From Lysobacteraceae bacterium (GTDB taxonomy: Bacteria > Pseudomonadota > Gammaproteobacteria > Xanthomonadales > Xanthomonadaceae), in contig DASRZM010000119.1 in assembly GCA_035686365.1 (NCBI GenBank), positions 4,211 to 68,210 of the forward strand: a stretch of 64,000 nucleotides of DNA. Direction: 5' to 3'. Position numbers and translations under genes: made by a program. How positions within the stretch are numbered: position 1 is the first letter of the stretch; each line of letters opens with the position of its first letter. Shown here piece by piece: positions 63,677 through 64,000 of this stretch. The notes below the pieces were generated by a model. The model did no database searches and was not told the origin of the DNA. It saw only the letters and a list, made by a program, of their open reading frames with translations.

Positions 63677-64000
63677 AGGTCATCGCCACCGACCTGCCGG
63701 GCTGCGTGGTGATCGAGCCCAAGGTGTTCGGCGATGCGCGCGGATGGTTCTACGAGAGCTGGAACCATGCGCGCTTCGCCGAAGCCGGCATCGATGCGCG
63801 GTTCGTCCAGAGCAACCTGTCGATGTCGCAGCGCGGCGTGCTGCGCGGCCTGCACTACCAGTGGCCCAAACCTCAAGGCAAGCTGGTGAGCGTGATCGAG
63901 GGCGAGGTCTACGACGTGGCCGTGGACATCCGCCGCGGCTCGCCGACCTTCGGCCGCTGGACCGCGGCGGTGCTGACCGCGGAGAACCGGCGCCACTTCT
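63673..64000 (+). CDS. rfbC: dTDP-4-dehydrorhamnose 3,5-epimerase (3' end off window)
   Basis: ATGA overlap with rfb[32 protein letters not shown]...RGLHYQ. Confidence 0.9.
   Translation, partial: MKVIATDLPGCVVIEPKVFGDARGWFYESWNHARFAEAGIDARFVQSNLSMSQRGVLRGLHYQWPKPQGKLVSVIEGEVYDVAVDIRRGSPTFGRWTAAVLTAENRRHF

Overview
This is a very GC-rich, gene-dense 64-kb chromosomal segment. I support about 57 protein-coding genes. I saw no rRNA, tRNA, CRISPR array, transposase or integrase.

Gene content and order look like a Xanthomonadaceae/Lysobacteraceae-type gammaproteobacterium. That placement is an inference from three things: synteny, the aspartokinase-DAP decarboxylase fusion, and GTAG-headed REP repeats.

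Gene blocks, left to right:
- 1-11.5 kb, minus strand: the classical rpoN neighbourhood. It runs kdsD-kdsC-lptC-lptA-lptB-rpoN-hpf-ptsN-hprK-rapZ, then EIIA(Man)-HPr-EI, a permease-less regulatory PTS.
- 11.6-21.2 kb: ibaG-murA, DUF3108-purN-purM, the DUF2066/phosphatidyltransferase/perM/hda block, and murU-amgK (peptidoglycan recycling bypass).
- 21.4-28 kb: an Rrf2 regulator with sufBCDS, followed by GNAT and Rieske genes.
- 28-38 kb: a more accessory-looking stretch. It holds an AtoE-like transporter, HutD, two SET-domain proteins, ComEA, an M20 peptidase, a META lipoprotein, an SRAP peptidase, a MASE1-GGDEF-EAL protein and DUF2784.
- 38-47.6 kb: dinB, gdhA, an EF-G paralog, osmC, a glycine-zipper protein, an amidohydrolase, a PhzF-like protein and a second HPF-like protein.
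- 47.8-53.1 kb: a translationally coupled aspartokinase/DAP-decarboxylase fusion, a MurL-like gene and a MurD2-like gene.
- 53.2-64 kb: a 7TM GGDEF protein, apt, msrA, a deaminase, a Cys-rich lipoprotein, glnS, ispB, ssb and rfbBAC.

The most distinctive non-coding signals:
- A fixed-order mosaic of about 245 bp, built from four GTAG/GTGG-headed palindromes. It is present 5 times, always directly 3' of a gene and in sense orientation to it.
- A second repeat family made of three hairpins. One copy is bracketed by an 11-bp direct repeat.
- A 166-bp imperfect palindrome between DUF2784 and a SET gene.
- A heptanucleotide tandem repeat inside the PTS operon.

I did not find a clear-cut defence, toxin or mobile system. 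The findings below are ranked honestly as moderate. Many long ORFs in the supplied track are antisense GC artefacts and were not called.
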